This document shows, piece after piece, positions 38,401 through 51,899 of a stretch of DNA of 64,000 bases (its first letter is position 1; each line of letters starts with the position of its first letter). Source of the stretch: Paraspadella gotoi (Eukaryota > Animalia > Chaetognatha); NCBI GenBank assembly GCA_051294375.1, contig CM119270.1:5340152-5404151 (forward strand), read 5' to 3'. The translations under genes and the position numbers were made by a program. The notes under the pieces were generated by a model, which had not been told where the DNA came from, ran no database searches, and was given only the letters and a program-made list of their open reading frames with translations.

Positions 38401-41400
38401 CTACGCGTTAATTGGATAGTGGGAGTAACAAGTGCGTCATAAGTCAATCTCGCCAAAGCGATTGAATCTTCCGTTAGTCAACGTGACATTTGAAATTGAC
38501 AACTCTCGCTCTGAGTCTACACCCCTAGGCCAATGGTGAAAAAAGATGAAGATTTTCTTCAGTGACGGCGCTTTCGATCTGGACCTTGAGGAAAGTCCCT
38601 CGCCGTTCGACATTCTTGCTTTCGGAAGATGATGCAACCTCCGACTCAGGAAGGAGATTTCTTTTTTCTCATCTTGTGGATGTCCGAGATCAGTCCTCTC
38701 GAAACAAGGAAATCGGATTCATCTATCTGCCGAATATACTTTGACAATGGAGAGACGGGTTGAATATCGCCGTGGAAGTAAGGATGCCCCCATTGCGTTC
38801 AAAGACTGAATGGGGAGGACCATCGGCGGCCCAACCGCCAAGGATCGTTCGAGCTCCGCGGAATTCACCAAGTGACCTGTCACCGTTATTAGCGTTCGAT
38901 GACGAGCAACTCAGCCGCGAAATCAAACGTCTCTTTGAAGCGGTTTTTCCGCCGGCGCCATCGGCGAAGCCTACAACCTAGCGTGCAAAGACTTCGCTAT
39001 GGAGCAGTTCGGTTCGACGATTGCGTTCGATGAAGACATCGGGACATTGGAGAGTCGGGCTTCCTTGGAAGGAAGGCCGGAAAAGACGTGCGGAGATTCT
39101 CAACAAATGCAATCGTCGGAGATGCCAGGAACAGGCTCTTGAAAGCACGGGCAGGATGTCGGCGAGAGCGCTCCGCAAAGAAGGAGTCTTCAAACATGTT
39201 CCAGGAAATTAATCGACGAAGGACATTGCAATTCGTATTGGATGATCCCACAGTCCCCGGACGGAGAAACCCATATGGTGTTTGCCCACCCATATAGCGA
39301 CCAAGAAGACAAGCCAGGCAAGTCCGCTCTGCATGACGCCAAGGCTGCGTCAATGCGACGGATCAAGCCTCAATGACAACTTCCTCCACCCGGGCCCGAC
39401 TTTGATGAAATAATCTCTTGAGTCCCTTTTCGCTTCCCGTCACGAGATCTCTCTCGACTCTGATGTGCGCGGAATTTTTCACCTCAGTGTTTCGTCGACA
39501 AAAAGGACGCCACGTCTTTCATTTTGGTGGTTCGAGACGATAACTATGGAAGTCTCGTTCTATGGGAGATGATCGTTCACGTTTTCGGCGCGAAATCGTC
39601 GCCGACGTGTGCCAGACTAACGTGCTCCAGCATCACGGCCTACCCTTTATGGAACGGTTCCACACGGAGTTGCTGACGCCATCATCAACGACTTTTTTAC
39701 GTTGGACAATTTTATTGCTTTCGGCGCCGACCGTCTTGAGGCGGCCGAAAGTCTCCGGATCGGGCATCACGGAAGCCGATGAAGCGTGGAGGCTTGACCT
39801 ATGTAATGCTGGCGGTCCATCGCATAAGGAGGCGTTGTGAGGATGAACGGCCTGGCGTTGAAAAGGGAATGGGAAGAACATCAAAAACCTTCAGTGATGA
39901 GAAGCGATGATAATTGGGAGAAGGTTTCTTAGGCGTTTGCCTTGTTTCTCACGAGATATTTTCTCGTTCAACGCGAACAAGAAGAAGGTGGAAACTTGAA
40001 GTCCAAACGCGTCGGCAAATGGCTCTCACTCACTAGCTCACTCTTTGATCCGATGGGGTTCGTGGCACCCTTCATCCTGCGTGGAAGGGAGATTTTTCAG
40101 CGGGGCAACGAAAGAAAAAACTCCGTGGGATGACACCCGATATCAAAGGAGCTTCATGCCGAGAATCAAACAAGTGGCGGCAAGAGTTGTTGAAACTTAC
40201 CTTCCATCGAGATTCCTCGCTGGATTGCGACGAAAGGAAACTACGCATGCGGTGCCGGAAATGCCACATCTTCTGCGATGCCTCGAGTTGGCTACGCGTC
40301 GTCACTGTATCGTGCGTCGAAGTTCCATCTGAGACTCATGTGGATATTCTTGGAAAGTCACGTGTAGTTGCCGTTGTCTTCTGAGTAAGTGTTCTCACCA
40401 TGAGTCAATCCGCGGCTGGAACTTTACCGCCGCGAAAACTCCCGCCGACTTCGTCTATCTGTGCTGGATCAAGTTCATGAAGAATATTCGAGAGTTGTTT
40501 CTGGACGGATTCGCATAACGTCATCAAGCAAATTCCGGGACGAGAAGTCGCGTTTTATCCGTTTTTCACATCGAATCTCTCGAATTCGGAAATTTCCGAG
40601 GTGGACGAATGGAAGATATGTCCGGACTGCGAAAATCCGGCGGATATTGCGAGTCGAGGACTATCTGCGGGGAAAAATGGATGATTGGATGAAGTGCTAC
40701 CGTGGACCTGCAATTTCTTTGGAAACCGGAATTCAACTTGCCGATCAAAGTGTTTGATTTCCGTGAAAAACGAAGTATCTTCCGGGAGCTTGTCGCCGAG
40801 AAAAGTGCGGCTATTGACGCCCTCGTCGCTTCTCCTGCCTTCATCGCCCATTTTTTTTCCGCTGTTGTGGCATGGCTCGGATTTACTGCCGCCAGTTTTC
40901 ATCTTGGGCTGGCCGCGTCGGCGAAAGACCGCGTTTGCTCTGCGCGTGTGGAGACCTTTGCGTTTTTGGAAGGACTTCAACGCATCTGCGGCCAAAGAAA
41001 ATTCCTCGAATCTACATCGTCGGATATTTGACGGCAGCGGATTGCTCATTCGCTTGATTCATTGAATATTCGGTTCCGAGAATGGAATTCTTGTCGAAAA
41101 TTCGGTCAACGCTCCGCAACTTCGAAAGGAATTGAAATTCAAAAATTCGCCTCTCGTAAGTTGTCTCCTTTCCGTCGACAGCGGGGGGAAAATGCGCGTC
41201 GGCGACGCCTTGGTAACGCCGCGTCGCTTTCCTTCGAGGCGAAACACCCATTCATTTTGCCTTTCTGACGACGATCTAGTTTCGCGCCTTAATCGAGATG
41301 TTCATAAAGACCGAGGGTCATGCGGGAATTGAGCATATCTGCAAGTGAAAATACGACGCAAGTACTGGAATCCTCGGGCACGCCAAGCTGTCCGTCGAGT

Positions 41401-44400
41401 TCTCACCAAATGCGTCTACTGTCAAAAAACCTACAAGCCCGCGAACAACAGAAAATGTGGCGCCGCTTCCGAGCTTCAAGGACGGCCCCAGGGGCCGCCG
41501 TTCGCGAACGTCGGGCGTCGATGCGCTTGGGCCCTTCGACATCAAGATCGGCCGTGCCCGCATAAAGCGCTGGGTGGCGCTCTTTACCTGCCTATATTCT
41601 CCGCGCCGTTCTCTTGGAGGAGTTATTTTCTCTCTCGACTTCGTCTTCATAAATGCCTCGATGCGCGAAGGAACGAGGCCGGGCCATACGGCACCTCTTC
41701 AGCGATAACGCAACAAATTTTCAAAGGTTTGCCGACTAAGCTCTGCGGCGACGCTATAAAGGAGTGGAACCGGAACGACAATGATAAAAAATTCCATTTG
41801 TCTGGCTTCGACTGGGACTTCGCGCCGCCTCTCACGCCGCACTACCGGTGAGAGTTTGGAGCGGATGGGTTCGCTCGGCTAAGCGACATCTCTAACGCCC
41901 TACTTGGCGACAGGTCCGCTGTCGATGGAGACGTTTCGTCACCGTCATCACCGCGCCGAAGCGAATCATCAATTCGTCGGCCTTTAACGCGATTAAGCAG
42001 CATGCTCAAGACTGCCTACCTTTAAGCCAGCTGATTTATTATATCCGGGAGTTCGCGATAGGAACGACGCGTCGCTTACCACCGGCGCCGTCTTCCGGCA
42101 ATGCTTTGCGTCTGGAGTATAAGCAAGCCGTGGGATTTGATTTCTCAATTCGAGCGGACGCTTTCTCCGCGATTATCTACCTACAATCTCCACGCCGCAA
42201 CGTTGGAAACGACGCAGCCGGATCTCCAAAGTCGGCCCAGCTCGTCTACTTGTCGAGAGACCAAGTCAAGAACGAAGTGGAGGCTTGGCGTTATCGAAAG
42301 GGTGCATGGCGACGACACGCACGTGCGACCGCGTTCGTGCGGACTGCGAATGGAAATAATATTTGAACGCGATCGATCTAAGATCGTCCGTTTGGAACTA
42401 GATGGTGAAAGTAAAAAAACGAATACCCATCCCTCAAAGAATCTAAAACTCTTTGTGGACTATTTATTCCATTATTTGCCATGCATAACCGGAATTTACT
42501 TTTCAGAGGCTTCGATCGAAAAACGAAATTTCGTTTTTACCCAAATTTGCTTGATTTCGCTTCGATCGAATTTACCCCATTAGGGACTGCACCAAAACCC
42601 AGAAATTCAGATTAAATGTTTTTCAGATTTGAATTTTTTGATTTTTTATTTTTTACTGTTTAAGACAATGATTTTTTTCAGAAACTGTTTTGTTTGGTAA
42701 GAGTTTAATTTTAAGAATTTATTTTATTATTTTCAAGTGCTTGGAAGTAGGGTTTTTAAGAAAAAATTATTTTATTTATTTATTTTCGATTTCGTAAGTG
42801 CGACCCCTACTCGAAAAATTTTTTCTTCAGATTTTGACAGTAAAAATGTAAAATTTTGGATTAATTCGAATTCGTTTAATTATTTTATGTTACGAATTTC
42901 AAACTTATAATAAGATCAAATTGGGATTTTGGCGTTACAGTCGTAATCGTTTATCTCGATTTCTTTTTTTCATTTATCGATTTTTCAGCGTACGTCACCA
43001 CGGGCCTGTTTAATTTTGAAGTTCGCGACTTTGTATATTTTTTTTGAAGAAAAAAGAAAAAATTTTTTTATTGCCTCCCTTATTATTTTTTCGGGTTTTT
43101 CAATACGGGCGTGGCGGGTTTGTCGCTTCGTCCTTTGTTTTCTCCCTTTTTTCTCAGGGTTTTAGTACCGTCCTTGTTTCTGTAACCGCTTATCGGAGGG
43201 TTCAAGTTTGACGCGCGAAAGAACTTTATTATTATATTTCAAAGCTTCGAAAATGCAGGCCACTAACTATGCGCAGGTGTCTGCTGGGTGGCACATTCCG
43301 TGCCGAGGACGGAAATTGTTCTCGTCTTCCACACCGTTCCCTGCCGGATGGCAGCTTCAAGCGTATGGTTTTCGGGCGCTCTGTTGATGAAATCGTTCTC
43401 TGGGAGATCCCGGCGGTGCCGGACGCCGAAGGGGTTGCGGAAGTGCCTGGGTAGGTACTTGGCGCGACATGGACTGATCTTCCTTCCGGGCTCCTCCGGA
43501 AGTGGATCGATGCCTCACTGCTCTCAGGGGCGAGCGGCCTATTCAAGTCCTGTAACTCTACAGAGATCCCGCTTCTGTGGGATGGGACGAAATATGCCCG
43601 TCGATCTCGACCTCTCCTCCGTGCGAGGGCGAAAATTGGTGTCGGATTTAGGAATCTGACTTCAGACCAAGAGCATGGCCGCAGGGCTCTGCCAACGGCG
43701 CGGCCGCCTTCCCGAAAGGGGAGAGACGACGCCGGGAGCCGTCCTCTTCTTCCGAAGGCGGTGAAAACCCGCGCCTCCCAGCCGCAAAGATAAGGGTCCC
43801 GTCTCGGGTCAGGCTGTGTGGAGCTCGACCCGTGAAGATAAAGGCCGTGTCACGACCTAGTACAAGCGGTGCCGGCGAGGCCTTCTGCCCCGGCTCCGCG
43901 TAGGCCCTCCCACGCGAGCGTTCGACGCCGCAGGAGGCCTGGCGTCCCAGATGGGAAGCCGGCGATCTGCGGGACCGACTTCATACCTCGGGCGATCTCG
44001 CGTGAACCTCCGGTCTCGGCAAAACAATCGTGCTCCGCACGACGGAAGCCAGGAAGCAGGTTCTGGTTCACCAGCTTCCTGCGGGCGTTTCGACGTCGGC
44101 GGCTCGTCTCGCGAACTGCAGAAGACCGCAGAGTGCAGAGGGCTCGGAGGAAGCGCGGGACTCGCGCGCGATGTGCAGACTCCGGGGCCCCTGCGGAACA
44201 TGCGGGATCTGCAAAGTCCGATCTTTGTTCAGGCGGTTCAAAGGTTTGCAGAGGAGCACGGGAGGCCGTTTTAGTGCTGCATCCCCGAGGAGGAGATGGA
44301 CTCGAAGAAGCGCCACAGGCTGTAGTAGCTACAGTGACGCTGTGCTGGCGGGTTCCGTCGTCGGCTTGATGCGGGTGTCCCGCCGGTGCCGACGTCGGAC

Positions 44401-47400
44401 GAGACGCAATGTTGTGTTCCACGCCAGAGAGGGAGGAGAAGAAGAAGGAGGAGAAGGGGCCGAAGCGACCTTTTAGGTTGCAGAGGCAGTTGGCGGCAGG
44501 GTTCGGCGAGCTCCGCTTCAGGGTGCCGTTGGAGCAGTCTGGCCGTCGTAGAAGAGATTGGGACGGGTTCAGGGCGCTTCCTGGGGATGGTTGCGTTGCC
44601 TGAGACCCGTAGCGAGAGAGAGGGTCACCGGAGGCATTGAGTGACGTCCGGAGATTATTCCCGGGCGTCGGGACAATCGCCGAAAGGAAAGGGCTCATCC
44701 CGGGGACAGGCGAAAGGCCGCATGACAGGCGCGATCCTGAGTCTGTAAGCAGCAGGTATAGAGGGGCGTTGTGAATTCCATCTCCGACGCCCGCTTTTGT
44801 ACATGTGGGCAGCCTTGGTGTCCGTGGGCTCCCGGCGGGGAGATATTTGAGGATTTGATTTTTCTTTTTTTTTTAGTTGTTTGCCGGGACGGTTTAGTAT
44901 ACAAGCCCTATCCTCCCTTCTGGAGATATGGGGCTTAAAATCTTATTACGGCACATCGAACATTGTTTAAATAGGTTGGGTGTACGGAAGCTCCCTCCCC
45001 TGTTAAAACGCTGAGCTATTTAAATATGGGTGGTTATATGGTCACGTGATTTACTTGCTTAACTTTGGCACAGTAAGTATAGTAATATTACGCGCATTAA
45101 TGTCAGTCTACGGTTTTTTCCCAGTTCGGGCATCCTAAAAACAATTATTAAATGTGCTTATGGTAAGATAAAAGTCGCAAAAGTTGTACCTTGATTATAA
45201 AACTACGAGGCTAGTTTTTAATCTACATTTTTCGCACAACTGTAAATACGTTATATTGTTTATTTCTTATGTTTTATTTCGTGCCTTTTCTTTATTCAGG
45301 AACACAAACGGATAGTTTGCGTCGTCGTTCGTCATCCGGGGCAGTGGTTCTCCTCTGGGAAATTTTCATCTGACGACGTTCGACGAAAGAAACGGTTTCT
45401 ATAGTTAGATGCTCTCTAGATATAAATTTTTGATTTTTCTATAAATTTTTCGTCTGCGTCCGTATTACGGCCAACGAAAATATTTATATTTTTGCTTTCG
45501 GGTGCCGTCCCGAAGACCTGCGTTCCGTAACCGCGGCCAGGTATTTTTTCTATTACATCCTGCGACCGTAACCGCGGCCAGGATTTAGACCAATCTGCGT
45601 CCGTCTCTACGGCCAATTTTTATTATAATTTTTCGAGGGATTGATTTTTTGGTTTTTTTTGATTTTTTCTGTTTTGTCTCGTTTTTGTTTTTGTCTTCGG
45701 ACGGTTTTTCTTTATTTTCAGAGGCGATGGTCCGGTCGCCCAGAAAAGGAAATGGTTTTACTTATCTCAGACGCTTTTGAGCGTTGTTTTTAAATTATTA
45801 GGGTTTTTTAGATTTTTTTATCCGAGCGTTCTTTATAGGGGTTTAATTTTGTAATGAAATCGCGTTGGTTTTTTTTATTTTATAATTACTTTTTTCGTTT
45901 TTACATTTTTGTAAATTAAACCCGTCAGAGCGCGAGCCCGTCTTGGCTCTTTTTCGGAAATTTTACTCTAAATGATTAACAGGCCCCCGCGCCTGATAGG
46001 CTTAGGATTTTTTGGTATTTTATTGACGATGGCGCTCAAGCCTTTTCTCTAGGCTATTTCTCTTTTTCTGGAGCTGAAAAGCTCGGTTCTTCCCTTTTGT
46101 GAATTTAACTATTTTTTCATTTTAATCCAATAGTTATTTTTACTTCGTTATATTTCGCTTTTTCTGCTTTAATCAAATTCAGCTGAAAAGCTGGATTCTC
46201 CTGTGGCAGGGAGTATGGGTTGGACTCCGAAATACGGATTCGGTTTCCTGTAAAACGCGGCGGAAATTGTTATTTTCTATCATTTTCTTTTAGTCGCGTT
46301 CACGGCGGATTCCTATTTTTTCTGCACTTAGTCAAAACCCTTTTTTATGGGGGTGCCCCGCTTTCAATGCCAAAATTTTTTTTTTTTTGATCATGTTTTT
46401 TAAGTTTATGTATGTTGTTTGTTTCGAATTTCTGCACTATGTCGACTTTGATCGGCAATAGGGCGCCTTTAATGACGGAGTCTGGCTTTGTTTCGTTTAA
46501 CGTTGACGTCCGTACTTGCTAAACAAAACATGTCGGAAAGTGTTACTTTCATGGGCTGGCGGGGAGGTTCGTGGGAGGCTTGTCCGTGTAGCGGTAAGTC
46601 GGCCCGTACCAGCCTCTTCTTGCTTGAACAATTTTTTTTGGCCTTTGATCATTTTTTCGAATTTTAATATTTTTTGTCTTTTTTAGTGAATTTTGAATTT
46701 TTGTGTTTCGTTATTCGTTGCGTCAACTATTTCGCGATTTTACGGTGGATAACGTTATATTTCATCATATTCCCGTTACGCCCCCGCATTATTGCGTTAT
46801 ATTAGCTCATCGATATTTAGTTTCCCAGCCATCATTTCTCGATGCATCGTCGATGGCTAAGGTCAGCCACGCCCCTTTTCTTCACGCCGTGCGAATCTTT
46901 CCCCCAATTTTCCCAACGTGTGTGAATGGCACGCAGTATCCGGTTTCGCCTGCGTGCGACGACACTTCGGTTTCGTAGTAGACGCTCGGATCGTGACGAC
47001 GATTACGGGTTAAATCTACGAATTTTCGAAAGCGGCGTCGAGCGTAGAGGAACTTGATACGGCGGACATTTTTCTGAGAATAGCAGCGTGTGCTTTCCAT
47101 TTTTTCTTAATTTTAATATTTTACTTTTGGCTTTTTTACATTATTTTTGCTTTAGTTAAATTTTTATTTTTTAAGTGTTTTTAGTTTATTTTATGTTTGG
47201 TTTTCGACAGGTAAACTCAACTTTCAATCGATCGTACGGCTTCGATTATCTCCAGAAAAGTGTTTATTACCATCATGCCTTTTTTCCCAGGTTTTTCGGA
47301 CTTTACCGCTCGGGGGAATTGCGGTTTCCTTCGCTGGGGGAAATTTCTCCCCAACATTACGATTAACTACGCGTAGTACTTCCCTTTGTATTTTTGGGAC

Positions 47401-50400
47401 TTAGCGTTTTTTTTTCTAAATTTTTCGAAAAATTTTTTTCTTTTTTGTACGAACAGGTTCGTTCCTCTCCGTTCGTGCGGGGGGTACGGCCAATTTTCGA
47501 TAAGAATTATTTAGTATTTTTTTAAGAAAAAATATATTTTGTTTTTTTAATAATACTTGTTCGTTTTAGGAAAATTATTATTTTTTCGAAATTTTTAGTA
47601 TTAAGGGTCTAACTCAACAAATTTTCAAAGCCTTTATTTTAGTCTCGTTTCAGATCGTTTTCAAGATTTTACGGTGAAAGTTCAAGGTCAATTCGTATTC
47701 GTTTATGGGTCAAAGTCGTTTGGATCAAGCAAGAGGAGGCAAAACAACCAACGCTCGCCAAAGCGTGTTCTTTCCCGACCAGAACAAGACGGAAGAACAA
47801 AACCTCTCTTCGGAGCGGTGTTGCCAACCACCCCACTGCCAAGAACATTTTATTCCGTCCAATTTTTTGTATTTATTCATGTTTGTATTTTGTATTAGCT
47901 CAAGAGTAGATGGCGACAATTTAGAGTAGGTAAGAATAAATAAATTATCTCTCTTTGATCGTTTCATATTATTCGTAGTTTGCCCTAATGTTTTTTCGCT
48001 TTTTTTAGAATTTTTTGCTTCGACTTTCGAATGTCTCTAGACGGACGAGCTTCGTGAGCCGACCTTAAATATTACGGTTTTTTAGGCATTCGAAGTGACG
48101 CGTCTTCTTCTATTCCAAGACTGTCCTCCCTGCGCGGCCGCTCAGGCGGGCGACTCGTCTTTCGTATAGCCGATTCCGCACAGAGTTGGTTGGAAAAGTC
48201 CGCCGGGAACTTCGAATTTTTTCTTATTCGGTAACGAAAGTTGTTTGTTTGACCGTGCCTTTTCTCGGCGGCGAACAACTTTACCGAACACCCTTTATAG
48301 TACTTCCCTGATCGAACGTTTACGACGCGGTTATCTGCTGGCAACTTAAATCGTTTTCGTATTCATTGGTCTATTTACGCCCACTTTTTTTTGTATTTTC
48401 TTACTTTATGGTTAAGTTGCAGGGTGCTGGTAGGAGCAGCGACGAGAAGGTTTTATCATGTATTGCTTTGCTTACTTTTGGCATGGGTTCGGAGGGTCTC
48501 GCCCATCCGTAGTCTTTTTGCTAGCCTTGCCGAATTACTTGATCTCGTTCTTCGGCATTCGGATGCTTAAAGTAAGGTATAAACCAATAAAGTAACTTCC
48601 TTCAGCGCCTTATTAGAATGATTACGTTTTAGAGTTATAGATTATTAGGTTTTCGTATTTTTCGGTTTAGTAATTTTGACAGGAATTGATTTCGTTTTTT
48701 AAGGTCTAGTCTAACATTTTTATTTTTGCCAACCTACACGACCATTAGGTAGATTAAGGAACGCTAATTATTTTTTGCTTTACAGTGTATCAGGTTTTTT
48801 ATTTCGAATGGTTTATTTACAAGATTCAACGGCGAAGATTAGTACAATTCGTGTTCAATTTACTATTTTTTCCCGTAGGAGTAGTCTAAGGTTTTTTGTG
48901 TTGAGACGGTTTGTGCGTCTCTTATATTTTTGGTAAGGAGTCGAATATACGCCAGATCTTCAAAAGATTCGGTCTTCCGTATCGGGGTCCTCATCGAGAA
49001 ATCGTTAGATGGACGCTTGAAGAATGCTTGTACATGACTGAAGATATGCTTGACGTTTCTCTGATGCGGCCACCTGCGGTAAGAGAAAATTTGAATATTT
49101 GAGATTGTGTTTATTCGCCTCAGCGTTGTTCGTGACCAATGAAAGGCACCTTTTTGTCGCATGTTCGATTGAAGGTTGAAGGGTTGATTTCGTTCTTAGC
49201 CGGTCCGAAATTAACTTTGAGATCCCTATTTCGTTCCTGCGGGGGCGGAAAGTTGCATTTACGTAAGCGTGGTTATATCGCTTTACCAAGATCGACAACC
49301 TTATCATTTTTTCTTTCACCTTTTCGATTCTTTTGAAATTCGATTTGGTCGGCGGTTCCGTATTGTCCTAACAATTCGGGCTTCCATTAATATTCACGCT
49401 TCTTTCCTTTAAGTTGGCTACTTTCGGAGGTCGCGGGTGTAAAACATATGTCGGGCACGGAGATCGGCCACCGGGGTCAGTTATAACCGGTCTTCGCGCT
49501 TCGACCTAAGAAATTTCAAACGGATTAAGACAAGATTTTGATAGTAATGTTTTTTGATTATGCCCGAAGCTAGTTTACCGAAATTCTATGTTTTGTCAGT
49601 TAGCAGTAGTTGATAATATTTAGCTCCCAACGTCTTCATTCCCCCCTGCCTTGTGTCATTTATTCTAGGGTCTTTTATTGTGCATTTTTCAGTTAGCGGC
49701 GACGTTTAGGTTAAGAATGAAGTCCAGTTTTAAGTATTTGTATTTTGACGGTTGTAGGGTGTACTAACACACGCCGTACAAGTTAGGATTACCTTTTATT
49801 TTCGGCATCAGGTTCTACGTTTCGGTAAACCGTTTACACAGCGCCTTCACTACGCGGGCTGATGAAGCGGTATCTTCGGCTGTAGACCGTGACCCGTTCG
49901 TACAAGTCGAACTCGAAAACCTGTTATTTGGGACCAAGATTTACGAAATTAGATTTTTACGGCTTAATTGCTATTATTCCATCATTTACAATTTTGAATC
50001 TTTATTTCGTGTCTTTGTAACTCATTGTCTCGTCTTCAACATCGTAACTTGAAGTACAACCGTGTGTGAAGAGGTTAGCGCCGGTTCAGTATGTCGTCTG
50101 CCGCGTCCCCGTCTGTTGTACTGCCGTTTTTTTGGAAGTCGGTTCCTGTTTTGAATGGTTCCGCATGGTTTGTTTTAGGGCCTAACGGATCCTGGACGCC
50201 ATTTTTTATAACTCAGTATTTTAAATTTCTTCCTTCTCTACTTTCCATCCCCTGCGACCGATATATTTGATCTTTATTACGACATGCTCGGGTTATCCCG
50301 GTATGCTTGACATACCTGGGATAGCGGGGTGTTACGTAATAATGATCAATATATTACGAGGAATTCCAGCTTCTCTACCTTTTCCCCAACTGATCTTTTT

Positions 50401-51542
50401 GTTCCCTTACTAACGCCAAGGATATTCCGTTTCTCTGCGATCACAGCGACACCTGAGTTTCGATTATGTTATTAAAGTATATACTTAAGTACAAGTTTCG
50501 CAGGCAGTGCCGTGGCGGACTCTGATTGGTTGCCCGCCGTTCGATAGATCTCAGTCCTGATTTTCTATCGACGTGTAAGCCTTCATACTTCACTTAGTCT
50601 CACACTGCGTTTTGCTACTTTTTAATAAGTTTTCTAAATTCGCATATAGATATTCTCGGAAAACACGTTTTTTTAATAATAAGTTTTTTGTGATCGCTGG
50701 ATGGTGGACTTTCTTGTGAATAGAGGCACGTTTTACAATTCGGCTTCCAGAAACAAGTAAGCAGATCTCTTTAAAATTTATATATATTTTACTGAGTGTG
50801 TATTAAAATGTTTGTTCCCTTTTGTCCAGGATTTCAACTTTAGCTCCGGCTTTAGCTTCCGGCTTTAGCTTCCGGCTTTAGCTTCAAGGCTTTTTAGCTT
50901 CAGAGAAGATCCTGGATTTCGCATTCGACTTGACGTCCGCTGCGTCGACGCATCATCTTTGCGAGACTTTTGTCGTCGCCAGCCCATCTTGAGCTAGTGG
51001 ACCGTTGCCATCGTCTCTTCTGCGCCATCTTTCTCGAATTCCTCTACTTTTGATAGCGCAGAATTAGTTCAGGAAAGTTAGCGAATCAACGATAGCCACC
51101 TCTACGACTTTCAGTTCGTTTAACAGGTTGGAGGCGAATGACTTGCCTCCGCACCAATGGCCTCTGATGAACGGTTGGTGGATTTTAGTCCACCATACCT
51201 CGTTAAAATCCTGCAACCTAATTAAGACTACAATTCTCTCACAGCACCAAGATTGGCGAGTACATTATACATAAGCGTGATAAACTGCGATAAACCGTAT
51301 TGTCACGGTTTTATATGCGGATATGCATGGCAGAACTCACCTGAGATTAGTTTCGAGCGACTTTAGGGTGAGTTCGGATCTCCGAGAGGGTGGCTGTTTC
51401 TTCGATTCCACTTCCGGTTCCATCTCGACTTCGGCGGAGACGTCTCCTCTGGGAAGTAATCGTCGGAATCTCGAAAGGCGGACATCCTTGTGGAGAGAGA
51501 TAGAGAGAGACGGAGGTGTAGAGAGAGAGCGAGAGAGAGAGC

Positions 51543-51582
<40 letters not shown>

Positions 51583-51859
51583 GAGCAAGAGAAAGAAAAA
51601 GAGGAAAGAGAGAAAAAAGAGAGGAATTAGTTTGTAAGTTGTCGGGGCTTGCTTCCTTTGTTGCTTTCTCATTTTGTTTCTTTCTTTCTTTCTTTCTTTC
51701 TTCTTTCTTTCTTTCTTTCTTTCTTAATCTTTCTTTCTTTTCTTTTCTTTCTTTCCTTCTTTCCTTTTCTTTCTTTCTTTACTTTTTTTTATCTTTCTTT
51801 CTTTCTTTTTTTTTATCTTTCTTCTCTTTCTTTCTTTCTTTCTTTCTTGTTTCTTCTTT

Positions 51860-51899
<40 letters not shown>

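Larger units (their letters stand above)
33972..51125 (+). mobile_element. BEL/Pao LTR retrotransposon, 17.15 kb, with 5-bp TSD GGTTG
   Basis: LTRs at 33972-34777 and 50330-51125 with TGTT..AACA-type termini. TSD ggttg at 33967-71 and 51126-30. Purine tract gggatagcgggg before the 3' LTR. BEL-type gag-pol motifs inside. Confidence 0.92.
33387..51197 (-). mobile_element. TRIM (miniature LTR retroelement) with tRNA-like LTRs, Helenus/Cassandra-like; 5' LTR split by BEL insertion
   Basis: Read on the minus strand: 5' LTR (51197-51126 joined to 33971-33808), PBS TGGTGAGCCCGAC (33806-33794), ~186-bp interior, PPT GGGAGGGGGGA (33632-33622), 3' LTR TGTATGG...CTCTTCA (33621-33387, 235 bp). CCTC flanks both ends. 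Each LTR has an A box (33578-33567) and a B box GGTTCTAGCCC (33534-33524). Confidence 0.8.

Noticed and set aside
49859-49890. CTGATGA as a hammerhead core in the BEL cargo
   Set aside because: The weak stem is followed by GTAGA rather than GAAA.
42410-50329. env gene in the BEL cargo
   Set aside because: No long sense ORF with a signal peptide, Cys pattern or TM anchor is visible. It cannot be fully excluded given the sequence errors.
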